A DNA stretch of 64,000 nt, taken from positions 384,001 to 448,000 of the forward strand of contig OZ245056.1 in the NCBI GenBank assembly GCA_965224705.1. Direction: 5' to 3'. The notes under the pieces were generated by a model. The model did not search any database and had not been told where the DNA came from. It saw only the letters and a program-made list of their open reading frames with translations. The position numbers and the translations under genes are program-made. Numbering within the stretch: position 1 is the stretch's first letter; every line of letters begins with the position of its first letter. This stretch comes from Spirochaetaceae bacterium. Its GTDB lineage: Bacteria; Spirochaetota; Spirochaetia; DSM-2461. Of this stretch, positions 47,729-58,113 are shown in pieces.

Positions 47729-48319
47729 ATGAGACTTGACAGCGATGAGAAAACTGAAAAAATGAACAAAGATGGTTCTGATGGATTGCAGGTAAAACTC
47801 CTTAAAACCCGAACCATACTTCTTTCCGGTGAGATCAACAAAGATCTGGCTGAAAAAACTGTAAAGCAGATGCTTTTAATGGAAGCCGAGAATGATGACC
47901 CAATCAAAGTATTCATTGATTCTCCTGGAGGGGATGCCGATGCCGGTTATGCCATCTTTGATATGATTCGGTTTATCAAACCAATGGTTATCACCATCGG
48001 CATGGGAACTGTGGCAAGTGCAGCCGCCCTGGTCCATCTGGCAGCGAATAAGGAAAACAGACTGAGCCTCCCCAACGCTCATTTCTTAATTCATCAACCT
48101 CTTTCCGGGATTCGAGGTGTTGCAACAGAAATCGAGATCCATGCCCGGGAATTGGAAAAACTTCAGGAGAAGATAAACAAACTTATTGCAGAGGAAACTG
48201 GACAGAAGCTGAGTAAGGTCGTTAAGGATACCGACAGGGATTACTGGTTAAGTGCTGAAGAAGCTCTGGATTATGGCTTAATATCCCGGATAATAACTCG
48301 TCGGGGAGATCTTGAGTAG
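47729..48319 (+). CDS. clpP: Second ClpP protease subunit
   Basis: FIDSPGG, VASAA (Ser), IHQP (His), DRDYW (Asp). Confidence 0.92.
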   Translation: MRLDSDEKTEKMNKDGSDGLQVKLLKTRTILLSGEINKDLAEKTVKQMLLMEAENDDPIKVFIDSPGGDADAGYAIFDMIRFIKPMVITIGMGTVASAAALVHLAANKENRLSLPNAHFLIHQPLSGIRGVATEIEIHARELEKLQEKINKLIAEETGQKLSKVVKDTDRDYWLSAEEALDYGLISRIITRRGDLE

Positions 48320-48340
48320 TTCTTCTAGAATTAAATACCC

Positions 48341-49318
48341 ATGAATGTCACTGACAATACGATGATCAAGAATTCAGGTGATCTCATCAACAAGGTCCAT
48401 CAGGAACTTGGGCGACGGGTTGTTGGCCAGCAGGAGCTTATTGATGGATTGCTCACAGGAATAATTTCCGGTGGTCATGTTCTGGTGGAAGGAGTTCCGG
48501 GTCTTGCGAAAACACTGGCAGTGAAGGCATTGGCCGATGTGTCAACAGCGACATTCAAACGCATACAGTTTACTCCAGATCTCCTGCCCGCTGATCTTAC
48601 CGGCACGATGATCTACAGATCGCAAACCGGGGATTTCATTCCCCGCAAAGGCCCCATTTTTGCAAATATCATACTGGCGGATGAAATCAATCGTGCACCG
48701 GCAAAAGTTCAATCGGCACTTCTAGAGGCCATGGCCGAAAAACAGGTAACCATAGGAGATCAGACCTATGCACTTCCGGAACTGTTCTTCATCATGGCTA
48801 CCCAGAATCCCATTGAACAGGAAGGAACTTACAATCTTCCTGAAGCACAGCTGGACCGATTTCTCTTAAAGGTAAATGTCAGTTATCCAAGCCCTGCCGA
48901 AGAACTCACTATTCTTGAGCGTATGGTTGACAAACCGGAGATCCCGGTATCTCATGTACTGGATAAAGACCGAATTCAGCAGCTTCGAGCCGCCGCTGAG
49001 CAGGTGAGAGCGGAAGAAAAAATCTGTCAGTACATTGTTTCTCTCACTGCGGCCAGCAGGGAGAAGGACAGACGGCAGCTTCAGTTTACCCGGTATATTG
49101 AATATGGAGCCTCTCCCCGTGCCACTCTTGCCATCTATCAATGTGCAAGAATTCAGGCACTCTATGAAGGGCGGGGTTACGTCCTCCCTGAAGATGTTAA
49201 GAAGGTCGCTCCCATGGTTCTCAGGCACCGTATTGTCCTCTCCTATGAGGCCGAAGCCGAGCAATTGGATGCTGATGATGTTATTCGCCAACTTCTCGCA
49301 TCGGTTTCAGTCCCGTGA
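48341..49318 (+). CDS. MoxR-family AAA+ ATPase (Bat operon type)
   Basis: GHVLVEGVPGLAKT, RIQFTPDLLPAD, LADEINRAPAKVQSALLE, GASPRA. Confidence 0.95.
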   Translation: MNVTDNTMIKNSGDLINKVHQELGRRVVGQQELIDGLLTGIISGGHVLVEGVPGLAKTLAVKALADVSTATFKRIQFTPDLLPADLTGTMIYRSQTGDFIPRKGPIFANIILADEINRAPAKVQSALLEAMAEKQVTIGDQTYALPELFFIMATQNPIEQEGTYNLPEAQLDRFLLKVNVSYPSPAEELTILERMVDKPEIPVSHVLDKDRIQQLRAAAEQVRAEEKICQYIVSLTAASREKDRRQLQFTRYIEYGASPRATLAIYQCARIQALYEGRGYVLPEDVKKVAPMVLRHRIVLSYEAEAEQLDADDVIRQLLASVSVP

Positions 49319-50187
49319 GCAGGGATGATCTTTCAAATCGGGTCCGACGGCTTCATGTCCGGTCACGTAATCTTGTTGACAGCTTTTTCGCCGGGAATTA
49401 TCACTCAGTTTTTAAAGGGCCCGGTCTTGAATTCGACAGGGTAAGAGAATACGAATACGGCGATGATACTCGTTTTATCGATTGGAATGTTTCTTCCCGA
49501 ATGACAGATCCCTATACAAAAGTTTTTAAGGAAGAACGGGAACTCATTCTTTTTATGGTGGTGGATGTCTCGGCATCTCTTACTCAGGGCAGTTGTCAAA
49601 TCGATAAACGCAGTGTTGCCGGAACCCTGTTTGCCCTGCTGTCTCTGGCAGCGGTAGCCAACAACGATAAAGTGGGCAGCCTGCTGTTTACAGACGATGT
49701 GGAACGTCTGGTTGTCCCGGCCAAAGGTCGACGACATGCTCTATGGCAGATCAGCGAGGTATTGGGCTATGAGGCTGAAGGACGTGGATCCAACATGGGA
49801 AAGGCTCTGAGAACCGCAGTGCAGACATTGAAGCGGAAGAGCATCATTGTCATTATTTCTGATTTCCGGACGACCAGTTATACAAGGGAACTCAATCTTT
49901 CAGCTCATAAGCATGATGTTATTGCAATGCGTATAACGGACTCCCTGGATAGTGAATATCCAGCGCTGGGATTGGCGGAGATCAAGGATCCGGAAACGGG
50001 TGAGAGCATGACGGGCTGGAGTCGTTTGTCCTCATTAAAGAGGAAGTATAAGGAATTCTGGGATGAACACAAACAGGTCTGGTTGAAAGAATGCCGATCT
50101 GCTGGAGTTGATACCCTGGATGTGGGGACAGGGGATGATCCTGCAGAAAGATTACAGACTTTTTTCCGCCGGAGGCGTGGCGTGTGA
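49315..50187 (+). CDS. DUF58 protein
   Basis: HSVFKGPGLEFDRVREYEYGDDTRFIDWNVSSR, EERE, DVSAS, ISDF. Confidence 0.92.
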   Translation: MSRDDLSNRVRRLHVRSRNLVDSFFAGNYHSVFKGPGLEFDRVREYEYGDDTRFIDWNVSSRMTDPYTKVFKEERELILFMVVDVSASLTQGSCQIDKRSVAGTLFALLSLAAVANNDKVGSLLFTDDVERLVVPAKGRRHALWQISEVLGYEAEGRGSNMGKALRTAVQTLKRKSIIVIISDFRTTSYTRELNLSAHKHDVIAMRITDSLDSEYPALGLAEIKDPETGESMTGWSRLSSLKRKYKEFWDEHKQVWLKECRSAGVDTLDVGTGDDPAERLQTFFRRRRGV

Positions 50188-51044
50188 GAGGCTTGTTCCT
50201 CCTGTCTGTATTTTTTCTAACCCTGTCTTCTTTCGGTTCTCAAGCTGTCATCATTGATACACAGTTCAATCCGCCAACCTTCCATGTTGGAGATCTTGTA
50301 GAGCTTCTTATAGAATTCAGAGTCGAATCTGATGTAAGTATTCAGATTCCAGAGGTATTGCTGGAAGCCGAATGGATTGATATCAGGGATGTACGGCTTG
50401 ATAAAGGCGAAGATACGTATTCCATTCATATAGACTTCACTCCTTTTGCGACAGGTATCCGAACCCTGCCCCCCCTTGATCTGGGAGCGATTCGTCTTGC
50501 AAACATAAAAATATCAACGAGTTCAATGCTCCCGTCCGCTCACGAGAATGCAAGACTTCTGCGAGGACAGATTCTGATACCCGGTACACGTCTGGGACTG
50601 GTTATCATCCTGACCTTGATTGCCATGTCGCCATTTCTAATTCGCTGGATTTACAAAATCATCTCCAGGCTGTTCAGAAGTATTGGCCGATTGTTTCTCA
50701 TTGGAAGGCCCTTCCGCAGATTACTGCGCTTACTTAAAAAACTTGGATCGGACATCGAAAGTTCATCCGAATCCGACTGGTATTCAACGCTTACAAAAGG
50801 TTTGAGGGATTATCTATCCGAAAGGATTGAGTATAACTGCAAAAGCGCTACAACTTCGGCGATTTCGGCACGAATAGATTCTGTCAGTACGGACAGTCCT
50901 CAGGGTAGAATTCTCCAAGTCCTTAAGGATGGTGATATGGTGAAATTTGCAGGCCAGAATACCGATGCTTCCCAACGTGAACAGACTCTTACCACTGTGA
51001 AATCAGCAGTGATTGATTGGGAGAAGGCCATTGTTCAGCATTAA
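50184..51044 (+). CDS. Bat-operon membrane protein (signal peptide, one TM)
   Basis: Coupled by GTGA overlap; VGD motif, TM, LRDYL...TTSAI...DMVKFA C-terminus as in genes preceding batA. Confidence 0.65.
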   Translation: MRGLFLLSVFFLTLSSFGSQAVIIDTQFNPPTFHVGDLVELLIEFRVESDVSIQIPEVLLEAEWIDIRDVRLDKGEDTYSIHIDFTPFATGIRTLPPLDLGAIRLANIKISTSSMLPSAHENARLLRGQILIPGTRLGLVIILTLIAMSPFLIRWIYKIISRLFRSIGRLFLIGRPFRRLLRLLKKLGSDIESSSESDWYSTLTKGLRDYLSERIEYNCKSATTSAISARIDSVSTDSPQGRILQVLKDGDMVKFAGQNTDASQREQTLTTVKSAVIDWEKAIVQH

Positions 51045-52032
51045 TGAACCCGGCTGGCTGGCACTCTTTCTTGTGTTTCCTGTATTGCTCTGGGCAAGGT
51101 ATTTCTGGCGTCAGAGGGGTGGCCGTTTTGTATTTCCATTCCGTGTATGGAATGGAGATGGATTTCGATTTCCCGGATCATGGCTGGATCCGGTCAATGC
51201 TTTTCTAAATGGACTGAGCTGGCTGGGAGTTTCCCTGTTGATTATAGCTCTGGCCGGTCCTGCTCTTATTGAAAGGGAGAAAATCCAGCTTTCCCGCGGC
51301 ATGGATATCATTGTTGTCCTGGATCAATCACTCAGCATGGGTGTTCAGGATTATCCTCCCGTGAACAGATTTGACATGGCAAGAGAAATGATCCATCGAT
51401 TTGTTCTGGGGCGTAAAGGTGATTCCCTTGGACTGGTGAGTTTCGGTTCCCAGGCAATCCTCCATTGCCCCCCTACAACCGATTATGCCTGGTTCCTCCA
51501 GCGTCTGGATGAACTGCAGATACGGGGACTTGGAGATGACACAGCATCAGGTATGGGCCTGAGTATTGCTGCCTTGCATCTGTCCGATTCTACAGCCAGA
51601 GAAAAGGTTATTTTACTTCTGACCGATGGGGATGACAATGCGGGTGAAATTCGGTTTGAAACAGCAGCAAAGCTGGCTGCCAGCCGTGGTATCAGAGTGT
51701 ATTTCATTGGTATAGGCAAACAGGGCGAATTTCCTGTCAAGCTGGTTGATCCTGAAACCGGCAAAATCACAATGGGAACAGTGGTTACTCGTTTCGATGA
51801 GGAGAGAATGAAGTCACTGGTTGAATCCATTGGTGGTGAATACTGGAATACCACAAGTCCCGGTTCATTGGAATCTGTCATTCAAACCGTTGATTCACTG
51901 GAAACTGTTGAACGTCAGGTAAGTGTTCGGGTAAACAGTCTGCCCATTCATCGAGCCTTTATCCTGACTGGAACAATTGCCATTGTACTGGCGTACTTCA
52001 TTCGCAAATCTCTTATGGGGGGAATTCCATGA
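51031..52032 (+). CDS. batA: VWA-domain protein, BatA-like
   Basis: N-terminal TMs, IALAGP, MIDAS DQSLSM, CPPTTD, LLTDGDDNAG. Confidence 0.85.
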   Translation: MFSINEPGWLALFLVFPVLLWARYFWRQRGGRFVFPFRVWNGDGFRFPGSWLDPVNAFLNGLSWLGVSLLIIALAGPALIEREKIQLSRGMDIIVVLDQSLSMGVQDYPPVNRFDMAREMIHRFVLGRKGDSLGLVSFGSQAILHCPPTTDYAWFLQRLDELQIRGLGDDTASGMGLSIAALHLSDSTAREKVILLLTDGDDNAGEIRFETAAKLAASRGIRVYFIGIGKQGEFPVKLVDPETGKITMGTVVTRFDEERMKSLVESIGGEYWNTTSPGSLESVIQTVDSLETVERQVSVRVNSLPIHRAFILTGTIAIVLAYFIRKSLMGGIP

Positions 52033-52997
52033 TATGGGTTCACCCCGAAAGTCTGCTGGGATTACTTGTTTCTGCCATTGTTATCATTGTGACAATACTG
52101 AGTAGACGTCAAACGCGGAGAAATCTGATCGCCATCAGTAAAAACAGTGTTGAATGGCAGGTAAGAATGTTTCTCAAGGATATCAGTATGGCAATGTTTA
52201 TGATCCTGGCCGTACTTGCCATGCTCGAACCCCGAAGCGGCAATAAACCCATAAGCGGAGAACGTACAGGTCTGGATATTGCTGTAGCTTTCGATGTTTC
52301 CCGCAGCATGCTGACCGAAGATCTCAGTCTGAACCGTCTGGAAATGGGAGTTGCCGCATTAGGTCAGATTACCAGAAAACTGGGAAATGCCCGATTCTCC
52401 CTCATTCCATTTAAAGGAGATGCGGTTGTTCAGGTTCCTATGACCGAAGATCGGGTGATGTTGAATCTATGGATGGATCGCCTGGGTCCGGGACTGTTCT
52501 CATCGACTGGAACCAGTCTTGAAGCTGCCCTGAATGCGGCTTATGAATCTTTTCCCGATGGAACAGTCCGAAGCAGAATCATTATTCTCATTACAGATGG
52601 TGAATCACTGACAGGCAGTATTGATAAACCAGTAAAGCATCTCATTCGGGAAGGGATCATTGTTCATGTCATTATTTCCGGGACAGTGGATGGTGGTCCT
52701 GTTCCTGTCGGCAATGGACATTTTGTTACAGATGGGCATGGCCGTATGGTTGTGAGTAGGGCCGACTTCAGGGCCGCAGAACGATTAGCAGAGAATACGG
52801 GTGGAACTGTTCAGGATTTAAGCAGGATTGGCGCAACAGCGAATCTTATAGATATCATTGAAAAGAATCAAAAAACAGCTGAATCACAGAAAATAAGCTT
52901 TACAGGTGTCTACGCTTATAGACTGTTTCTTATTCCGGCTGTAGTTATGATGCTGCTGTATCTTCTGGCAAGGATATTCCCGTGGCGAAAGAAATAA
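52029..52997 (+). CDS. batB: VWA-domain protein, BatB-like
   Basis: DVSRSM.TEDL..NRL, VPMTED, GTSL, ITDGE, GTVDGGPVP. Confidence 0.8.
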   Translation: MIWVHPESLLGLLVSAIVIIVTILSRRQTRRNLIAISKNSVEWQVRMFLKDISMAMFMILAVLAMLEPRSGNKPISGERTGLDIAVAFDVSRSMLTEDLSLNRLEMGVAALGQITRKLGNARFSLIPFKGDAVVQVPMTEDRVMLNLWMDRLGPGLFSSTGTSLEAALNAAYESFPDGTVRSRIIILITDGESLTGSIDKPVKHLIREGIIVHVIISGTVDGGPVPVGNGHFVTDGHGRMVVSRADFRAAERLAENTGGTVQDLSRIGATANLIDIIEKNQKTAESQKISFTGVYAYRLFLIPAVVMMLLYLLARIFPWRKK

Positions 52998-53575
52998 GAA
53001 TTCTGACTGCCAGCATTACCATGCTGATGATTTCAAGTTTACAATCCTGCAATATCATGAAACCGGCAATGGAAGTTTTATCGGGAAATCTCTCCTATGA
53101 GAGGGGACAATATCAGAAAGCAATACTTCACTACCTATCCGCGGAGAAACAAACAGACATCAGCAAAGATGTTGTTCAGTATAATCTTGGAAATGTTTTT
53201 TACACGCTGGGCGAAGGAGATGAGGCTCTTGAGGTTTGGTCCATGGCAGAAGAATCCACAGGAGATGTGAATATACTCTTTCGAATCGCATTTAACAGAG
53301 GCATCGTTTACATGAACAAGGGTTCATACGAAGAAGCATATCGATCTTTCAGACAGGCACTCATTCTCCAGCCATCGGATATTGATTCAAAAATAAACCT
53401 TGAAGATGCACTTTCAAGAATTCGTTCTGAGGTTTCCCAGAGCCCCTCTACCGAGGATATCCCCAGAAGTGGTGATGAAGCTGATAACAACCTTCTTCTT
53501 GATTATATTAGACGAAAGGAGGCTGAAGGGTGGACTTCTCAGAAAACCGTGGAATCAAACGAACGAGACTGGTAG
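52982..53575 (+). CDS. TPR protein, BatC-like (possible lipoprotein)
   Basis: LQSC; GNLSYERGQYQKA, YNLGNVFY, FNRG..Y, ALILQPSDIDSKINLE; ends RDW. Confidence 0.75.
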   Translation: MAKEIRILTASITMLMISSLQSCNIMKPAMEVLSGNLSYERGQYQKAILHYLSAEKQTDISKDVVQYNLGNVFYTLGEGDEALEVWSMAEESTGDVNILFRIAFNRGIVYMNKGSYEEAYRSFRQALILQPSDIDSKINLEDALSRIRSEVSQSPSTEDIPRSGDEADNNLLLDYIRRKEAEGWTSQKTVESNERDW

Positions 53576-55554
53576 GCATTGCCATCTTATTATTGCTTCC
53601 CCTGACAGTGGATGCTCTGGAAGATGAAAGCCTGCAGCTGGAGCCTCCCAAGGCTGTGAGAGGTCAAAAGGTTACAATTACGATTCGGACAGATTTGCCC
53701 TGGAGTGATGAAGTTCGGATTGATTATCCGCAGTTTGAAGAATCAATAGTCTGGTGGTCGTATCCATATGCCATGCCCTGGGGAAGAATTGATGACGATG
53801 GTTCAATTTCGAGACTCATTCAGGTACGGGCAGCTATCCGGGTGGATGAAATTGGTTTCCATACTATTGAACCTTTTTCCATACAATCTGGAGAAAATGA
53901 ATTTATTACAGACGTAAAAAATCTTGTCTGTGTGGAAGTTGATGAGAAGAATTTACCATATCCGATTGTACTGCGATGGCGAAATCTGCCTGAAGTCATC
54001 TGGCAGGGACAAACAGTCCTCCTGTCACTTGAGGCCAGAAACTTCCCTTTTCTGGCATTTGCCGAGTCTTCAAAGTTAAATCAGGTGCCTGTCGGTCTGT
54101 TGGAAGACATACCAGATTATGGACAAATTATAACGAGGTCTTATGAGAACGATATCCTGTACGATGTCCCGGTGGCCTCCTGGCTCTGGACACTGAGTGA
54201 ACCTGGTACCTATTCTTTTCCTGGTGCTGAAGTGGTTATCAATGGACTTGTACGAAGTATTCAGGGGTTTTCATTGACAGTGAGGGAACTGCCTGCCCCT
54301 GCGAATGAATACGGAGCTATAGGAAATTTTCGTCTGGATGCAGGATGGGAGGACAGGCAATACAGCATCGGTGAGATTGTCACCATAAGAGTACGCGTTG
54401 AAGGAGTTGGAAATTTGAGTGTGCTGCGTACTCCCATCCCGAAATTCCCCGGCGCAGAACTTGTCAGTTCAGGTTCTCAATCATCCATCTTCCCCGATAT
54501 ATCCGGATACAGGGGCTGGAGAGAGGATCATTATGATTACCGCATCAATGCAGCAGGTGAATTGGGGATGATCCTTCCAGAATGGACATGGTTCAATCCT
54601 CAGCAGCCAGATCAATTTCAGGGTGCTGAAAGAAGAACATATACGATTCAGAGTCGGGATGTTTCCAGTGAAACTGTGGTGAATGCTGCAGATCTGCTGC
54701 TGGGAATTGAGATGTTCAGGTACCGTGCATCTGTATTCCATGCTCAGCGATTACAATGGTACCTGCTTCTGCTCCCTGGTTTCCTGATGATGCTCTTTTT
54801 TCCATACCTGAAAAAGAACCGGCAGTTTTTTGCATTGGGAACTGGTGTTTTCATCCTTATGGCGGCTGCAGCCAATGATGTTTCCGATGCAGAAACAGCG
54901 ACAGAAGCCAGGAATTCTGCTCAAAGTGGAGAATGGGATAAGGCGGATCAATCCATGGATGTTCTCAGGGAGAAGTATGGAAACTCTCCAGGTTTTCTGC
55001 ACGACAGGGCCATCATCGCCATGGAAAAGAATCAACCCGATGCGGCGGTCAAACTCATACGGCAGAGTTTGTACTTACGGCCGGGAGATAAAAGATTGAT
55101 GAGAACTCTGGAATTCATGGAAGATCGTCTTGGGTTGTCAGACCAGGTAAGTCCTCCCCTCAAATGGCCGCCATCACTGGCTTTTGCTGTCTGGCTCATC
55201 ATTGTCCATGCTGTATTTGCGGTAGTGACAATGCTGCTGTTCAAACGTGAAGCTCGAGAATACATTCTTCTTGTTTCTGTCTCAATACTTTTTGCTGCTG
55301 CTACATCATTTCTGATTTACACTCATACTCTCTGGAACAGGGAAATTGGGATAGTCAATTCTCAATCTCAGGTTTTACGCAGGATTCCTGTCCCCCTTGC
55401 TCCGGAGTGGATGAAACTTCCGGTTGGTACTGCTGTAGAGGTGATTGCCGTTGAGAACCTGAATTGTCTGGTCCGTACGAGCTACGGGCTGGAAGGCTGG
55501 CTGGCACTGGAATCAATTAACCTTGTCAATGAGGGAATCAATGGATTTCGATGA
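53530..55554 (+). CDS. BatD-like protein fused to a BatE-like TPR/TM/SH3 module
   Basis: GAIGNF, GVGNL and WFNP BatD motifs; then TM, TPR, TMs and SH3-like GTAVEV...GLEGWL. Confidence 0.7.
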   Translation: MDFSENRGIKRTRLVGIAILLLLPLTVDALEDESLQLEPPKAVRGQKVTITIRTDLPWSDEVRIDYPQFEESIVWWSYPYAMPWGRIDDDGSISRLIQVRAAIRVDEIGFHTIEPFSIQSGENEFITDVKNLVCVEVDEKNLPYPIVLRWRNLPEVIWQGQTVLLSLEARNFPFLAFAESSKLNQVPVGLLEDIPDYGQIITRSYENDILYDVPVASWLWTLSEPGTYSFPGAEVVINGLVRSIQGFSLTVRELPAPANEYGAIGNFRLDAGWEDRQYSIGEIVTIRVRVEGVGNLSVLRTPIPKFPGAELVSSGSQSSIFPDISGYRGWREDHYDYRINAAGELGMILPEWTWFNPQQPDQFQGAERRTYTIQSRDVSSETVVNAADLLLGIEMFRYRASVFHAQRLQWYLLLLPGFLMMLFFPYLKKNRQFFALGTGVFILMAAAANDVSDAETATEARNSAQSGEWDKADQSMDVLREKYGNSPGFLHDRAIIAMEKNQPDAAVKLIRQSLYLRPGDKRLMRTLEFMEDRLGLSDQVSPPLKWPPSLAFAVWLIIVHAVFAVVTMLLFKREAREYILLVSVSILFAAATSFLIYTHTLWNREIGIVNSQSQVLRRIPVPLAPEWMKLPVGTAVEVIAVENLNCLVRTSYGLEGWLALESINLVNEGINGFR

Positions 55555-56008
55555 TATTCTGAACCAGTGGAATGTGGGTGTTGCCCGGAAAAGGAAGAAG
55601 CAGGGTCTGGAATCTCCCAATTCAGAATTCAATAACTGGCTTGATCAATATCCTCCCGGCACCGGTCATGTTGCCGAAAAAGAAATCCACCATAAGCCGC
55701 AGTATCGGAAAAAAAACCATAAAGTACAGAAGCATCACCCCCAGGACTCATTAAATCTTCATGGATACAGTTGTGAGGAGGCTGAAGAAGAATTAAACAA
55801 TTTCATGATATCCATGCGGAAACGCAATCTCAGGACAGGACTCATAATTCATGGTAAAGGACTGCATTCCTCTGGAAAACCAGTTCTGGCCCCCCTGGTT
55901 CGTCAATATCTGGCGTCTTCAAGTGTTGTTGTCAAGTTTGGCCGTGCATTAAATAAGCATGGAGGTTCAGGTGCTACCTGGTTTGTTCTTGATTATCGAT
56001 CTCGATGA
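55541..56008 (+). CDS. Smr/MutS2 C-terminal domain protein
   Basis: [22 protein letters not shown]. Confidence 0.9.
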   Translation: MDFDDILNQWNVGVARKRKKQGLESPNSEFNNWLDQYPPGTGHVAEKEIHHKPQYRKKNHKVQKHHPQDSLNLHGYSCEEAEEELNNFMISMRKRNLRTGLIIHGKGLHSSGKPVLAPLVRQYLASSSVVVKFGRALNKHGGSGATWFVLDYRSR

Positions 56009-56208
56009 ACTATTCGGCCCCGTGTCAAATCATAGGGGGACAGTTCAACACGGACCTGGTCTCCCGGGACAATGCGAATATAATGTTTCCTCATCTTACC
56101 TGAGAGATAGGCGAGGATTAAATGACCCGCCTTTAATTCTACACGGAACATAGTGTTCGGTAAGGATTCTTTAACAATTCCTGCTACTTCTATGGCATCT
56201 TCCTTCAA
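55993..56208 (-). CDS. infA: Translation initiation factor IF-1
   Basis: TTG start after [55 protein letters not shown]. Confidence 0.96.
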   Translation of the reverse strand: MKEDAIEVAGIVKESLPNTMFRVELKAGHLILAYLSGKMRKHYIRIVPGDQVRVELSPYDLTRGRIVHRDR

Positions 56209-56485
56209 TAACGACCTTCCTTTTTTATACAGTGACACCTCTAAAAGACATCCATTCCTGCTTAGCTGAACTATTTCTACCGTTTCAATGCTGCAGAATC
56301 CCCGTGTAATCCAGAGCATGAGCAACAGCCGGTATAGGATGCAGACAGTCCCACTCAGGATCTGCCGCCTCGTATTGCAGTCAAATCTCTGCACCAGTTT
56401 CCAGAAATGGATTGTTTTAAGTGCTCCAGCATTCATGCTAATTGACTGGAGAGAATGAGTCAAGATGTGTAAGAGCTGTTAAAAC

Positions 56486-56513
56486 TCAACAACTCTGTTT
56501 CATTGTCCGATAA
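56486..56513 (+). promoter_or_regulatory. Candidate sigma28 (FliA) promoter
   Basis: TCAA-N16-TCCGATAA, followed by SD GGAGG and ATG 56535. Confidence 0.45.
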
Positions 56514-56534
56514 TACTATTGGAGGAATAGAACA

Positions 56535-56921
56535 ATGTACTTCGGTTCTGTCGGTGGAACAATGTCATCAATGCAGCTCAATAGAATTTCTCAATCGGGA
56601 AGTCGAGTGCTTGTACCTGTCCGACCATCCCAGACAGCCATTGCTCAGTACCGATACATAGGGGGTACTCCGGCTTCCAATGGTCAACAGACGGTACCTT
56701 TACCGAGAATTCACCTGTTGAACACTCTGATCAATAAACTTATGACTCGAAATAAAAATCTGGTTCCTCATTCCATACAGGACATCTCACCGGAACAAAC
56801 TGATGCACTGTTGAAACAATATGCTTCAGAACTTCACCAGGCCATAAAGGCTGTACCTGAATCGTTCGGCACTTTTGGTAGTAGTGTAGATGTCGGAATG
56901 CTGTTTCAATTCAGTGTGTAG
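56535..56921 (+). CDS. Hypothetical protein, 128 aa
   Basis: Strong SD GGAGG; no domain recognised. Confidence 0.75.
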   Translation: MYFGSVGGTMSSMQLNRISQSGSRVLVPVRPSQTAIAQYRYIGGTPASNGQQTVPLPRIHLLNTLINKLMTRNKNLVPHSIQDISPEQTDALLKQYASELHQAIKAVPESFGTFGSSVDVGMLFQFSV

Positions 56922-58113
56922 AACTCCTTTACTTGTTCTGATTTGCGTCACAGCAGTAACTTCATCAATAGATTCTCAAGTTTTATTCCAATACAAGCAC
57001 AACAGCGGTGACAGGTGGCATATCACAAGCCGCATCAATGAAGAAGTCTTACTGGATGGAGAAATTCTTAAGAAGGTTGAAATTCTTAACAAGATTTCAG
57101 TGGAAGTCTTAAAAGGGAATGGTTCTGATGGACTCATATATAATCACTATCAGATTGCGGAACAGGTTCTGGGGGAGGACTTTTATAGATGGAATGAGGA
57201 GTATGATGTCACCTATGGTCGTGATGTCCGTGGGCGGCTCTCAGGACTGAAAAGAAACACTTCCATACCACCTGTGAGAAATGTTCCCGTCTATCCAGCC
57301 GAACCTGTTGAGACAGGCGGCATCTGGGAAGCTCGAGGTCAGGAGTATTTCGATTTACAGTACACCTATAATATCCGGGAGTTAATCGCAGTTGAATTCA
57401 TGGCAAGTTATAAATATGAAGGACCGGAACTCATTGATGACCGTAAAACTGATAGGGTATTGATTGAATACTCATTCAACTGGAAACCTGATGCGTCACT
57501 CAATCGGCGTCTGAAGAAATATGCAATTCATCCCGTAAGTCTTGAAGGAACATTTGTTCAGAATATCTATTGGGATCAAATTGCCGGAAGAAACTATGCA
57601 GAAGAAGGGACTTTTTCATATACATATCTCATGAATAATGGTCATACTTATACTTTCAGGGGAACTTCCCATGGCCGGGCAGTGTATGCTGAATTCATGG
57701 ATAAGGAGAGCCTTGTCAGGGAGATTGAAAGCCTGGACAGCGTCGATGCATTTGTCACAGATGATGGTGTAAGCCTGACTCTTGATAATATCCATTTTGT
57801 CCCTGATAGTGCAGAGATGCTGCCTGGAGAGGAAAAAAAGCTTGCAGGCATAGCAGAAATTCTGCGAAAAATCCCGGATCGAGACATTCTTATCATTGGG
57901 CATACTGCGTCTGTCAGTCCAGATCATGATGGTCAGGAACTCTCCGAGAAGAGAGCGGGAGCTGTTTCCAGGTATTTCACAGACTTGAATATTCGGAAAT
58001 CAACTCAAATAATAGTAAAAGGGATGGGAGATAGCCAGCCGCTTGCCTATAATGGTACGGAAGAGGGTCGTAGAAGAAATCGGCGTGTCGAGATAATTAT
58101 ATTGGAGAATTAG
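56890..58113 (+). CDS. OmpA-family peptidoglycan-binding protein
   Basis: Signal-like N-terminus; NIHFVPDSA, IIGHTA, LSEKRA, GMGDSQPL, NRRVEI. Start uncertain. Confidence 0.88.
   Translation: MSECCFNSVCRTPLLVLICVTAVTSSIDSQVLFQYKHNSGDRWHITSRINEEVLLDGEILKKVEILNKISVEVLKGNGSDGLIYNHYQIAEQVLGEDFYRWNEEYDVTYGRDVRGRLSGLKRNTSIPPVRNVPVYPAEPVETGGIWEARGQEYFDLQYTYNIRELIAVEFMASYKYEGPELIDDRKTDRVLIEYSFNWKPDASLNRRLKKYAIHPVSLEGTFVQNIYWDQIAGRNYAEEGTFSYTYLMNNGHTYTFRGTSHGRAVYAEFMDKESLVREIESLDSVDAFVTDDGVSLTLDNIHFVPDSAEMLPGEEKKLAGIAEILRKIPDRDILIIGHTASVSPDHDGQELSEKRAGAVSRYFTDLNIRKSTQIIVKGMGDSQPLAYNGTEEGRRRNRRVEIIILEN

Noticed and set aside
56209..56463. N-terminal extension of infA
   Set aside because: IF-1 homology begins at the SD-supported TTG 56208, giving the normal length of about 71 aa.
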